DNA from: Deltaproteobacteria bacterium
GTDB lineage: Bacteria > Myxococcota > Kuafuiibacteriia > Kuafuiibacteriales > Kuafuiibacteriaceae
Reading direction: 5' to 3'
Assembly: GCA_040218735.1 (NCBI GenBank)
Contig: JAVJQW010000047.1
Span: forward strand, 1 to 64,000
Length of the DNA: 64,000 bases
The number at the start of each line of letters is the position of its first letter. Position 1 is the stretch's first letter. Under the pieces are notes generated by a model, which was not told the DNA's origin, did no database searches, and saw nothing but the letters and a program-made list of their open reading frames with translations. Below are positions 38,914 to 48,859 of the stretch, in pieces. A program made the position numbers and the translations under genes.

Positions 38914-40157
38914 GTGTCGAAGAGGAAACTCAACCGTCGACCGTTGTAGCCGAAACGCTCCGGCTCCAGGCCGGCGAGGTGGAGGAGGCTCGCGCCGATG
39001 TCATCGAGCACCGGGACCGTGCCGCCCTTCTTCGGGTGGCGTCCGGTGGAGAGCGAGATCGGGAGGCCCTCCATCTGTTGGCCCGTCGCACCGAACACAC
39101 GCCCGCCGCCCACGCCGCGCCCGATCGTGAGGAACGAGGTCTGCGGGAGGTGGTCCTTGCCGAGCATGTCGTTGAGCTGCGGGAAGCGCCCCAGATCCGA
39201 ACCGACGAGGAACAGCGTGTTGTCGAGGAGTGGCCCGTGTCGGTTCTTCTTCGCGCGGAGGGTGTCGAGGAGGCGCGTGAAGTGGCGAACGAACAGCTGC
39301 GTGATGTGCGCTTGGCGAGGGGTGTTGTTGACGTGGGTGTCCCAAGACAGCGGTGCGGCCTCGACGAAGACACACGGCGTGAGGTCGTGTTCGATCAACC
39401 AGGCGGTTCGGTCGAGGTCCTCGCCGAGCGCCTGCGTCGCGTAGTCATCGGAGTGGCGAGTCTTCTTGAACGCGGGAGTCTCGCTGAGCCGTTGGAACCA
39501 CGCGCCCGCCTCCGCCAGGTGCCGCACCGTCCCCTTCGCCGAGGACGAGAGACCGCGCGCCTTCTCACTGCGCGCGTGCTCGGCGAGCGCCTTCGCCATC
39601 ACGCGCTGCTCCTCGGGCGTGGTGGTGTCGCCGACCTCGAGGAGATCGTTCCCCGCGAAGTAGATCTGATCCGTCCCGCCGAAGAAGCTCGGCGTGTAGA
39701 GCGAGCGATGCGACGTCCCGAGGTACACGGCCGGGACCGGCTGCCCATCGCGGTCCGCTCCGATGAGGTCGAGGATCGACGGCATCCGCGGCGAAGCGTT
39801 CGTCTTCAGACGCGCGTACTGCGTGATGCCCGTGTCGTGGTTGGCGGTGGCGACCTGCACGCCGTTGAGGAAGCTGATCCGCGACGCATAGTCCGCGATC
39901 CCCGCGAGGTGCGGACCGATCCGTAGGCCGCCCTTCTCGACGATCGACTCCGCCGACGTGAAGTCGAGCCCCGGTGCGAGCTCGCTCTTGGTCTTCGGAT
40001 CGGTGGTGTACACGGCGTCGTGGCCGCCGCTGAGGAGGACGAGCACGACGTACCGAGGCGCTTCGCGGCGCGTGGCGTAGGCCCGGGACGGCCAGCTCTC
40101 GGTGACGAAGGATGCGCTCGCCAGGCCGGCGACGCGCAGGAAGTCGCGGCGGTCCAT
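38910..40157 (-). CDS. DUF1501 family Tat-exported protein
   Basis: MDRRDFLR Tat motif, LLSGGHD, WDTH, SDLGRFPQLN, GKDH. Confidence 0.85.
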   Translation of the reverse strand: MDRRDFLRVAGLASASFVTESWPSRAYATRREAPRYVVLVLLSGGHDAVYTTDPKTKSELAPGLDFTSAESIVEKGGLRIGPHLAGIADYASRISFLNGVQVATANHDTGITQYARLKTNASPRMPSILDLIGADRDGQPVPAVYLGTSHRSLYTPSFFGGTDQIYFAGNDLLEVGDTTTPEEQRVMAKALAEHARSEKARGLSSSAKGTVRHLAEAGAWFQRLSETPAFKKTRHSDDYATQALGEDLDRTAWLIEHDLTPCVFVEAAPLSWDTHVNNTPRQAHITQLFVRHFTRLLDTLRAKKNRHGPLLDNTLFLVGSDLGRFPQLNDMLGKDHLPQTSFLTIGRGVGGGRVFGATGQQMEGLPISLSTGRHPKKGGTVPVLDDIGASLLHLAGLEPERFGYNGRRLSFLFDT

Positions 40158-40175
40158 GCGAACCGGTGCTGCGGT

Positions 40176-41234
40176 CTACTCGATCACCTCGACGGTCACG
40201 CAGCGGTTTTTCTTGCTCCACTTCGGCGAGAAGACCGGGTTGTTCTCGCCGTCGCTGCGGGTCTCGATGCGGTTGGCGGATACGCCGATCTTCGCGAGCA
40301 CCGACTGCGCCGCCTCGGCGCGGCGCTGACCGAGCGTGAGGTTGTAGTCGGCCGGGCCCGAGCTGTCGGTGTGACCGGTGAGGACGACCGAAGCGCTGGG
40401 GTGATCTTCGAGGTACGACGCGATCTCACTCAGCGCCTTGCGACCGGAGCGACCGACGGAGTTCGAGTTGAAACCGAAGTTGACGAACGCACGCGCGGGG
40501 CGCTCGCCGCCGGACTTCGGGACGTCGAGCGTGCGGACCGCCAGCGTGACCTCCTTGGCCTTCGGCTTCGGCGCCGTCGCGCGGGCGACCTTCACCGGCT
40601 CGCTCTTCTTGGGCGCGGGGGCCGGCGCGACCTTCTTCACCGGCTCGGGCGCGGGCTCGGGCTCGGGCTCCGGCTCGGCGCGCGCTACGACGGGCGCGGG
40701 CTCCGGCTCCGGCTCCGGCGCTTCCTTCACGGGCTCGACCGCGCGCGCCGCCTCGGGCGCACCGCGACCGGCGGCCACGAGCGTGCGATCGCCGTCGCCT
40801 TCCGTCGGGCCGGCGGCCACGGCGACACGCGAGGGTGCTGCCGCGAGGACCGGCCGATCCCCGGCGAGCGCCTGCTCGACCGAAGCGAGGCTCGCGCGCG
40901 GCCGGCTTCGCACCGACACGACCTTCGAGTTCGTGAAGATCGTCTCCGCTTCGCGAACCTTCGAAGGCTCATCGACCATCACGACGCCGTAGCCGCTGTT
41001 CTTCGCGCCGGACAGCGAGTCGACCGTGTCGACCTTGTGACCGGCGCGGCCGAGGATCTTCTCCATCTTCTTCGACGAGTCACCGACGAGGAGGATCCGG
41101 CTCGGGTTCTTGGACGGCGGAATGGGTTTGTTGACCTGCGTCGCCTTGACGGAGAGCTTGAGGCCGCAGGCTTCGGCCTCCGCGTCCACCAGCAAGAGAG
41201 CCAGCGCACCGATCGCGATCACTTTGAACGTCAT
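40176..41234 (-). CDS. OmpA-family peptidoglycan-binding protein
   Basis: Signal peptide, PE-rich linker, GHTDSSGPADYNLTLGQRRAEA. Confidence 0.9.
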   Translation of the reverse strand: MTFKVIAIGALALLLVDAEAEACGLKLSVKATQVNKPIPPSKNPSRILLVGDSSKKMEKILGRAGHKVDTVDSLSGAKNSGYGVVMVDEPSKVREAETIFTNSKVVSVRSRPRASLASVEQALAGDRPVLAAAPSRVAVAAGPTEGDGDRTLVAAGRGAPEAARAVEPVKEAPEPEPEPAPVVARAEPEPEPEPAPEPVKKVAPAPAPKKSEPVKVARATAPKPKAKEVTLAVRTLDVPKSGGERPARAFVNFGFNSNSVGRSGRKALSEIASYLEDHPSASVVLTGHTDSSGPADYNLTLGQRRAEAAQSVLAKIGVSANRIETRSDGENNPVFSPKWSKKNRCVTVEVIE

Positions 41235-41327
41235 CACGTTCAAAGCTCGCTCATTCGGTTGCGATTCGCAAAGGTTGGTCCGACCCACACCGTCGCCCAA
41301 CAGGCGACGGTCACCCACGCGCTACGC

Positions 41328-43250
41328 TCAGAATGCGGCGTCGATTCGCCAGACGCCGACCGTCCCGTCGCACCCGCCCGTCGCGAGCAGCGAAGTCGTG
41401 TTTCCGAATGCGACAGCGCGGACGCCCCCGTCGTGTCCGCGCAGCAGGATCGCTCGGCCCGACGAAAAGTCGATCACCTTCGGCGCGAGTGTATCCAAGG
41501 CCGGCGCCGGCCCGAGCTCCCACCGGCCCTCTGACAACACCTGAGGACGGACGAACCGATACGGCCCCGCGATCGCGAGCCGCGCGCCGGTCCGGTCGAA
41601 CGCCGCGACGCGCAGATCGGTAGCCGGCACCCGCACGAGCTGGAGCGCATCCGGTGCGCCGAACGCCACGTCGAAGGCATCCCCCTTCGCGACGGACACC
41701 GCCGCGACGCGCGCACCGTCTGCCGTGATCGCCGCGGCGACGACGCGCGCCGGCAGCTTCAGTGTTTCACCGCCGACGACCGCCTCGGCACCGCGCCGCT
41801 CGACGAGGACCGCCGGATCGAAGGCGGCCGCAAGCAATGCGTCCGCCTCCGCGCCCTGCGCTTCGCGCGCACCCGACGCGACCGTGACCCGCTCGACTCG
41901 ACGCGCGGCGAGGGTCAGGACCGTCGCGCCATCGGACGCGAAGATCGCGCGCGAAACCTGCGCCGGATGGTTGTGCCGACCACGCTCCTCCCCGCGGTCG
42001 TCGAAGCGCACCAGGGCGCTCTGCGTAACCGCCGCGAAGCCCCCCGGTTCGAACGCCACCGCGAGGACCGGCGTCCGAAACGGTTGCAAGACGAGTTGCG
42101 AGCCCCCGTCCATCACGTGAATCGCGACGCTTCCTTCGGATGACCCCACCACGACGCGACGATCGTCGGGTGAGAACGCGACGGCGGTGACCTCGCCGCG
42201 CAGCCGCTCCTCGGCTCGTTCTTCACCGCTGGCCACGTCGAAGAACCGGAGACGCCCCGAAGCGCCCCCCACCGCATACCGATCGTCCAACCGCAGGACG
42301 GCGCGGAGCTCGAGCCCGACCTCGGAGGCCCACCGCAACTTCCCTTGCAGCGACCACGTCCCGAAGGTCCCCTCGGCCGTCGTCGCGACCAACGCGTCGC
42401 CGTCGAAGACGAGCGACGTGATTCCGCCGCCCGGCGCCTTCCACTGACGGAGCTTCTTGCCCGACTCGGCATCCCACAACGTGACGCGAGACCCGCGCCC
42501 GCCCGTCGCGATCGTACGACCGTCGGGCGAGAACGCGACGGCGAAGAGCGCGTCCGAATGACGGAGCACCCGCGGCGCCGCGTCGGGGGTCGACGTCTCG
42601 TAGACGCGCACCGTCTTGTCCCAGCTCGCGGAGGCGAGGCGGCGACCGTCGGGCGAGAGCGCGAGGTCCTCGACGCGCTCGTCGTGTCCCGCGAGGCGGC
42701 GCGATGTGTTGCCTTCGAACAGCGTCACCGACCCGGACAGACCACCGACCGCGACGCGCTCACCGACCGCGGCGATCGCCAGCAGCGGCGTCGACGCGGT
42801 CGTCCGTACTTCGTAGCTGGCGCCGTTCCAGGCGAGCCAGCGGCCGTCCCAGCCGACGGAGTGCAGGCGGCCGTCTGCGACGACGACATCGCGCGCCCCG
42901 CCCTCGTGGGCGAGGACCTCGACGACGCGTCCCCCGTCGCTCCCCCACACCCGCACGAACCCGTCGGCGTGTGCGGAGGCGAGGTGTCCTTCCGCGGTCG
43001 CGGCGAGCCCGTGCGCGAACGCGACGGCGCGATAGGAACGATCTCCGAGTCGCGCGGCGAGGAGTGAAGGCTTCGGGGTGGTCGTCGTCTCGCTCGAAGG
43101 CGCCGAGGCCTCCGGGGGCGTGATCTCGATCCACGCCGGCTCCTCCTTGTCGCGAAACAGATCCACGAACGGCCCTCGCATCGACGAACACGACGCGAGC
43201 AACACGACGAACGCGACCAGCGCACGTCGACCGACGAAGAGTGATGGCAT
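41328..43250 (-). CDS. WD40-repeat lipoprotein
   Basis: Lipobox LASC; repeats such as LAGHDERVEDLALSPDGRRLASASWDKTVRVY. Confidence 0.88.
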   Translation of the reverse strand: MPSLFVGRRALVAFVVLLASCSSMRGPFVDLFRDKEEPAWIEITPPEASAPSSETTTTPKPSLLAARLGDRSYRAVAFAHGLAATAEGHLASAHADGFVRVWGSDGGRVVEVLAHEGGARDVVVADGRLHSVGWDGRWLAWNGASYEVRTTASTPLLAIAAVGERVAVGGLSGSVTLFEGNTSRRLAGHDERVEDLALSPDGRRLASASWDKTVRVYETSTPDAAPRVLRHSDALFAVAFSPDGRTIATGGRGSRVTLWDAESGKKLRQWKAPGGGITSLVFDGDALVATTAEGTFGTWSLQGKLRWASEVGLELRAVLRLDDRYAVGGASGRLRFFDVASGEERAEERLRGEVTAVAFSPDDRRVVVGSSEGSVAIHVMDGGSQLVLQPFRTPVLAVAFEPGGFAAVTQSALVRFDDRGEERGRHNHPAQVSRAIFASDGATVLTLAARRVERVTVASGAREAQGAEADALLAAAFDPAVLVERRGAEAVVGGETLKLPARVVAAAITADGARVAAVSVAKGDAFDVAFGAPDALQLVRVPATDLRVAAFDRTGARLAIAGPYRFVRPQVLSEGRWELGPAPALDTLAPKVIDFSSGRAILLRGHDGGVRAVAFGNTTSLLATGGCDGTVGVWRIDAAF

Positions 43251-43261
43251 GACGGTCTCCC

Positions 43262-44494
43262 TCAGTCGTCGTCGAAGGGCGGACGACCGGCGTCGATCGT
43301 CACGGTGTGCAGATCCGTGAACTCCCCGGCCTCCGCGATCCGCGCGACGGTCTCGTCATCGACGCCGGTGAACTCGACACCGCAGTACAGCGCGAGCGCT
43401 TGGTAGTAGACCCCCAGCGAGATCAGCGATTCGCGCACGAGCAACGTCCCGAGAAACATGCGCACGTGAACCTGCGACGCGATCTGCGAGCGCATGGCTC
43501 GCACCCGCTCGAGGTCTTCCGCGCTCACTGCATTCATAGCGCGCAAGGTCTGCCCGAACGACAGCCCCTGTTGGACGTCACCCACCGGCAGGCCATCGAA
43601 GAACCCATCCCCGAAGACCGGCGCGACCTCGGTGCAGAGCTGCGAGATGCTCGTGAACGGGCGGTTGTGATACGCCGCCCACGCCCGAAACATGAGGTGC
43701 GGTTTGAGGAGCTCGATGAACGCGACGAGGGTGACGACCGGCCACCCGCACTTCGGGTTCTTGAGCTGGTACTGCGTGTAGCGCTTGTTCCAGGCCACCG
43801 CCTGCGCCAGCTCGTCCTCCGACAGCTCACCCGTGTCGACGAGCGCTCGACGCAAACGAGTGAGCGCCGCGTCCAGCACCGGCGTCGCGGGCCGCGAGGC
43901 GACCGAATCGAAGCGCTTCTTCGCACGACGAATCGGGACGAACGGGTTGTCTTCCTCGATGTCGTCCTCGTCGTCGATGAACGGGAGGTCGCTCGTCATC
44001 CGCGCCCCGTCGGTCGTCGCACCGCGGAGCGTCGCCGGGTCGACGTCGAGGTTGCGCAAGTCGGCTTGACCGAGGTTCGCGCCACGAACCGCCGCACCGT
44101 ACAGCCGTGCGCCTCGCAGGTTGGCCCCCTCGAGGTTGGCGTCGCAGAGGTCGGCGTCGCGTAGGTCGCAGCCGCACAGATTGGCGTCCCTCAGGTCGAT
44201 CCCCCGGAGGAACGCGCCGCGCAGCGAGGCCCCCTGCAGATCCGCTCCGCACGCATGCACCGCATACAGGCGCGCCTTCTCCATCCGCGCCTGACGGAGG
44301 TTGGTGCCGTACATGGTGCTGCCGTCGAGGACCGCCTCGGTGAGGTCGGCGGCGCTGAGGTTGTAGCGGCTGAGTCGGCGCGTTTTCAGCTCGACCCCGG
44401 CGAGATCGATGAGAACGGAGTCTTCCGCCTGCCTCCACGAGTTCCAGTCGTCGACGCCGTTGTCGAGCCGATCCCGATGCTCGTCGTTGGGCAT
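43262..44494 (-). CDS. pentapeptide-repeat protein with unknown C-terminal domain
   Basis: GVDDWNSWR N-terminus followed by A(D/N)Lxx repeats. Confidence 0.85.
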   Translation of the reverse strand: MPNDEHRDRLDNGVDDWNSWRQAEDSVLIDLAGVELKTRRLSRYNLSAADLTEAVLDGSTMYGTNLRQARMEKARLYAVHACGADLQGASLRGAFLRGIDLRDANLCGCDLRDADLCDANLEGANLRGARLYGAAVRGANLGQADLRNLDVDPATLRGATTDGARMTSDLPFIDDEDDIEEDNPFVPIRRAKKRFDSVASRPATPVLDAALTRLRRALVDTGELSEDELAQAVAWNKRYTQYQLKNPKCGWPVVTLVAFIELLKPHLMFRAWAAYHNRPFTSISQLCTEVAPVFGDGFFDGLPVGDVQQGLSFGQTLRAMNAVSAEDLERVRAMRSQIASQVHVRMFLGTLLVRESLISLGVYYQALALYCGVEFTGVDDETVARIAEAGEFTDLHTVTIDAGRPPFDDD

Positions 44495-44646
44495 AACCTC
44501 TGACCCGGGAGGATAACCAAACCCGCCCCCGCAAGCGAACGCCCGCGGGCGTCGATTCTCGGCCGACACACCAGGATACGCTTTGACCAGGATGTCGAGT
44601 CTACAAAGTCGGCAGAGGTTCAAGCAGGTGGTAGGTTTCGGACGGC

Positions 44647-46263
44647 ATGCAGCCCGTGTTCGGGAGACAACCGGGGTACGTCGTCTCGTACTGCCCCGTA
44701 GCCTCGGCACACGGGATGCGGGTGCTCGAGGAGGGCGGCAACGCCGTCGACGCGGCCGTCGCGACCGGCCTCGCGCTCGCCGTCACGTATCCCCAGGCCG
44801 GCAACATCGGCGGCGGTGGCTTCATGCTCATCGCGCCCCACAAGGAGCCGGTGAGTTTCCTCGACTACCGCGAGGTCGCACCGAAGAACATCAACCCGCA
44901 GGACTACCTCGTCGATGGACGTCGCGGCGAAGCGATGGTGCTCGGCGCAAAGTCCGCCGCCGTGCCCGGAACGATCGCCGGGTTTGCAAAGGCGCTCGAA
45001 ACCCACGGGACGATGTCGTGGGATCGCATCGTCGGGCAGATCGTCGACCTCGCCGAAAACGGCGTCATCATCACGTCGCGCCAGGCCGCCTATCTCAACG
45101 CATACCGCGAGACGCTCTCGCGCTTCGAATCCACACGTAAGGTCTTCGGCCGATCGATACTTCCGGCGACGCGCTTCCTTCAGCCGGACCTCGCGCAGAC
45201 GTTCCGCCGCCTCGCAGAACACGGACCACGCGACTTCTACCGCGGTCGACTCGCCGCGCTCCTCCTCGACGAGATCCGTCGCGGCGGCGGACCGATGACC
45301 CTGGACGACCTCGTCGAGTTCGAGGCGAAGTGGCGCGTCCCGTTCACGTGTGAGGCGTTCGGGCGCCGCATATGGACGGCGCCCTTCCCTTCCGGCGGCG
45401 GCCTCGTCGTGCACCTGACCCTGCGTATCCTCGACGGCCTCGGCTACGCTTCGCTCCCCCCACGTTCCCTCGAGCGCTACCAACTGTTGATCCGTGCGTT
45501 CCGCGTCGCGTTCTGGATGCGGCAAACCTACGCCGTCGATCCCGACTTCCTCACCGAAGAGCAGCAGCTGGAGATCGAGACCCTCCTCGAGTGTCCGATC
45601 ACCCGCTCGCAGCTCGAAGAGTGGGAGACAAAACTCCGCCAGGACAAACGGCTGCTCGAGAACGAAGCCGCCTACCTTAGGTCGCAGAACAAGAACACGA
45701 CCCACTTCAGCGTGCTCGACTCTGCAGGAAACGCAGTATCGAACACCTACAGCCTCAACACACTGTTTGGTTCGAAGCTGGTGGTGAACGGCGCCGGTTA
45801 CCTGCTCAACAACACGCTGGATGACTTTGGCGTCGGACGTGGGACGCCCAACTGGTACGGCATCCTGGACGGCGATCGAAACATGCTCACGGGGGGGCGC
45901 CGTCCGGTCGGTTCGATGGCGCCGACGATCGTCGAGGGTGACGGTGTACCAGAGCTCGTCATCGGCGGCTCTGGCGGGCCGACCATCCCCACGATGGTGG
46001 TTCAGACGCTTCTGGGCGTGGTCCTCGACGGCCGCTCGGTCGCGGCCGCCTTGGCCGAGCCCCGCGTGCACCACCAACACTCCAAGGCGGAGCTCCGCTT
46101 GGAGAACGCCGTCGCGCAGAGCATCCGGGATACACTTTTTCTCGACGACGACCCGCGCACTTTTGTCTCGCGAATCGGGATCGGCGCGGCGATTCATCGC
46201 GACCAGGACACGGGTCAGGTGCAGGCCGCGCTCGATCCACGCTTCGGTCTACACGGTCAGTGA
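44647..46263 (+). CDS. ggt: gamma-glutamyltransferase family Ntn hydrolase
   Basis: GGNAVDAAVA, GNIGGGGF, DYRE, nucleophile TTHFSVLD, GGSGG. No signal peptide. Confidence 0.9.
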   Translation: MQPVFGRQPGYVVSYCPVASAHGMRVLEEGGNAVDAAVATGLALAVTYPQAGNIGGGGFMLIAPHKEPVSFLDYREVAPKNINPQDYLVDGRRGEAMVLGAKSAAVPGTIAGFAKALETHGTMSWDRIVGQIVDLAENGVIITSRQAAYLNAYRETLSRFESTRKVFGRSILPATRFLQPDLAQTFRRLAEHGPRDFYRGRLAALLLDEIRRGGGPMTLDDLVEFEAKWRVPFTCEAFGRRIWTAPFPSGGGLVVHLTLRILDGLGYASLPPRSLERYQLLIRAFRVAFWMRQTYAVDPDFLTEEQQLEIETLLECPITRSQLEEWETKLRQDKRLLENEAAYLRSQNKNTTHFSVLDSAGNAVSNTYSLNTLFGSKLVVNGAGYLLNNTLDDFGVGRGTPNWYGILDGDRNMLTGGRRPVGSMAPTIVEGDGVPELVIGGSGGPTIPTMVVQTLLGVVLDGRSVAAALAEPRVHHQHSKAELRLENAVAQSIRDTLFLDDDPRTFVSRIGIGAAIHRDQDTGQVQAALDPRFGLHGQ

Positions 46264-46396
46264 TCAGCGCGGGTGTAGACCAGCGACTACAGGGTCGGCG
46301 TTCGAAAGTGGATCGGTCACACCCATCGCGGGCGGGCCGAAACTCCGTACATTGCGCCAAATATCAGGCTACATCAAAGTCGCCGCGGCCCCACCG

Positions 46397-47719
46397 ATGT
46401 ATGAACTGATGAGTGCGTCGCTCCCCGTCATGGCCGAACGCCCCTCGGCCGTGGCCAGACTTCGCGCGCGACTGGACCGTGAGCCGGGACACGTCGTCGC
46501 GTCGTTCCGCGCGCTACAGGAGCAACAACGTCAACGACGCGTGCTGTTTCGCGACGAGCTCCTCCCAGCTTCAATCGTTCCGCACTTCGTCGACCGAGAG
46601 GTTCACCAAGAGTGGGTACGACAACTCACCCAGTTGTTCGTGGATCTGGAAGCCATTGGCGCAGACTTCCTCGAATCACCGGACCTGTACGACACCCTCG
46701 GACTCCCCGATGCCGCGCGCGCTCTGATCGAAATCGATCCAGGTTACGACAAACTCGCCATCGTCTCGCGACTCGACATGGTGTGGGACGGCGACCGCTC
46801 CTACGTCTACGAGATCAACGTCGACAGCCCGGCGATGATGACGTTCACGGACTACCTCGAGGACATCATCCGCTCGCTCTTCCCGCTGCAGGGGCTCGAG
46901 GACGTCGACCCGATGCCACATCGCCGCACCACGGTGCTGCACGACGCTCTCATCGAGTGTTACCAACAGTGGGGCGGCAACAAGGCCTCGCCGACGATCG
47001 CGATCGTCGATTGGCGCGGCCAGAAGACCGCCGACGAGCTCGTTGCGACCGCCAATGAGTTTACGAAGCTGGGATCACCTTCGTTCGTTTGTGACCCGCG
47101 GGACCTGAAGATCGTCAACCGCAAGCTGACTTGCAACGGGCGCGAGATCGACATCGTTCAGCGCCGTGTGCTGTTCCCTGAGTTCCTGCAACGTCCGAAC
47201 GAAATCGCTACGCTCGTCGAGGCGTACCGACGCGGGCTCATATGTATGGCGAATCCACTTCGCTCGTACCTGCTCGGCAACAAGTGCCTCCTCACGCTCC
47301 TGAGCGACGAGCGCGGACGTTCTGCGGTTGGACGCCAGATCGTGCTTCCGACGGTCCGCGTCACGCCCGACAACGTCAATCGGTTCCGTCAACGCGAAGA
47401 CTGGGTCCTCAAGGGTGCACTCGGCCATGGCGGCCACGAAGTCCTCCTCGGCGTGGAGCAGTCCGACGAAGCGTGGGCCGAAGCGCTCGATATCGCCCAT
47501 CGCTCGTTGTGGGTCGCGCAGCGCTATCACCGACCGCCGAAGCTGACGGTCCCCATCATGACTTCGGACGGTATCCAGGAGCGCCCGTTGTGGGCGAACT
47601 GGAACCCGTTCTTCTTCGGCGGCCGGTTCGCGGGCGGAATGACGCGCGTGAGCTCGGAAGCCATCGTGAGCATCACCGCGAACGGCGCGTTGTTGCCCAC
47701 GCTCACGACGACCCCATGA
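46397..47719 (+). CDS. circularly permuted ATP-grasp ligase (glutathionylspermidine synthase-like)
   Basis: SRLD, YEINVDSPA, IAIVDW, GNKCLL, WVLKGALGHGGHEV, WVAQRY. Start uncertain. Confidence 0.75.
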   Translation: MYELMSASLPVMAERPSAVARLRARLDREPGHVVASFRALQEQQRQRRVLFRDELLPASIVPHFVDREVHQEWVRQLTQLFVDLEAIGADFLESPDLYDTLGLPDAARALIEIDPGYDKLAIVSRLDMVWDGDRSYVYEINVDSPAMMTFTDYLEDIIRSLFPLQGLEDVDPMPHRRTTVLHDALIECYQQWGGNKASPTIAIVDWRGQKTADELVATANEFTKLGSPSFVCDPRDLKIVNRKLTCNGREIDIVQRRVLFPEFLQRPNEIATLVEAYRRGLICMANPLRSYLLGNKCLLTLLSDERGRSAVGRQIVLPTVRVTPDNVNRFRQREDWVLKGALGHGGHEVLLGVEQSDEAWAEALDIAHRSLWVAQRYHRPPKLTVPIMTSDGIQERPLWANWNPFFFGGRFAGGMTRVSSEAIVSITANGALLPTLTTTP

Positions 47720-48852
47720 CCGATAAATCCCCCATCCTGCAGATTCGATATGTCGATCCCGACGAAGGTTGGGAAGGCTACCTCGTCATCGACAGCCTGG
47801 TGAATGGCGTATCGGGTGGCGGTCTTCGCGTCACGAAGACCGTCGACTTCGACGAGGTGCGCGGATTGGCGCGCGCCATGTCGCTGAAGAACCACGTGAT
47901 GGGTTTGCCGCTGGGCGGCGCGAAGTCGGCCGTACGCTACGACCCGGCGGCGCCCGAGCTCCCCGACGTACTCACGAAATTCATGCGGCACATCGGACCG
48001 ATCTGCCAACAGATGTACGGATGGGGCCCGGACATGAACACGCCCCCCGATCTCTGCGACAGCGTCGCGGACCGAGCGGGGATGAAGTCACGTCACATGG
48101 CGCTCGCCGAACGGTCGGAGCACGGGTACGCGGGCGTGGACAACTACAACCGAGCGCTTCGCTTGCAGGTCGGTCCGGTGACGATGACCGAAGCACGCAC
48201 GGCGATCGGCGTCGTCGGCGCCACGGAGTGCGCCGCGAAGCTCCTCGAGCTGGGCGGTCCACTGCGCGTCGCGATTCAGGGGTTCGGATCGGTGGGGAGC
48301 GGCGCGGTCTACTTCCTCGATCAACGCGGTCACCGCATCGTCGGGGTCGCAGACGCGGGCGGCGCATACAAAAAGGCCGACGGCCTGGATTTCGACACGC
48401 TGCTCGCAGCCAAGGGCGACAACCGAGAGATCGACCCGGCGAAGGTCCCCGAAGCACAGCGCGCCGGAGCTCCGGACGCCATCTTCGACGTGGAGTGCGA
48501 CGTGTTGATCCTCGCCGCGCTCTCCGGCGCGCTCACCGAGGAGCGCGCCCGCCGTGTCCGCGCGAAGATGGTGGTCGAGGGCGGAAACCTCGCCGTAACC
48601 GACGCCGGAGCGGCCGTCCTCGCGGAGCGCGGCATCCCGTCCGTGCCCGACTTCATCGTCAATGGTGGCGGCATCGGGATCGTCAGCGGCGTCATCCAGC
48701 TCGGTTGGAAGTGCGACGCGGACTACATCCTCGAGCAGATCGAATCCCGGGTTGCGGCCGCCACGGAGCGAACGGTTCACCACGCCAAGCAGCACGGCGG
48801 CACGCTGCGCGAGGCCGCGTACGCGTTGCTCCCGGAGCGACTGCGCCCCTGA
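47716..48852 (+). CDS. Glu/Leu/Phe/Val dehydrogenase family protein
   Basis: GGLRV, LARAMSLK, GGAKS, GPDMNT, QGFGSVG, EGGN, PDFIVNGGG. Confidence 0.88.
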   Translation: MTDKSPILQIRYVDPDEGWEGYLVIDSLVNGVSGGGLRVTKTVDFDEVRGLARAMSLKNHVMGLPLGGAKSAVRYDPAAPELPDVLTKFMRHIGPICQQMYGWGPDMNTPPDLCDSVADRAGMKSRHMALAERSEHGYAGVDNYNRALRLQVGPVTMTEARTAIGVVGATECAAKLLELGGPLRVAIQGFGSVGSGAVYFLDQRGHRIVGVADAGGAYKKADGLDFDTLLAAKGDNREIDPAKVPEAQRAGAPDAIFDVECDVLILAALSGALTEERARRVRAKMVVEGGNLAVTDAGAAVLAERGIPSVPDFIVNGGGIGIVSGVIQLGWKCDADYILEQIESRVAAATERTVHHAKQHGGTLREAAYALLPERLRP

Positions 48853-48859
48853 GCTCACC

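Noticed and set aside
40600-40740. ggctcg/ggctcc short repeats
   Set aside because: They encode the PEPEP linker of the OmpA protein; ordinary low-complexity coding sequence.
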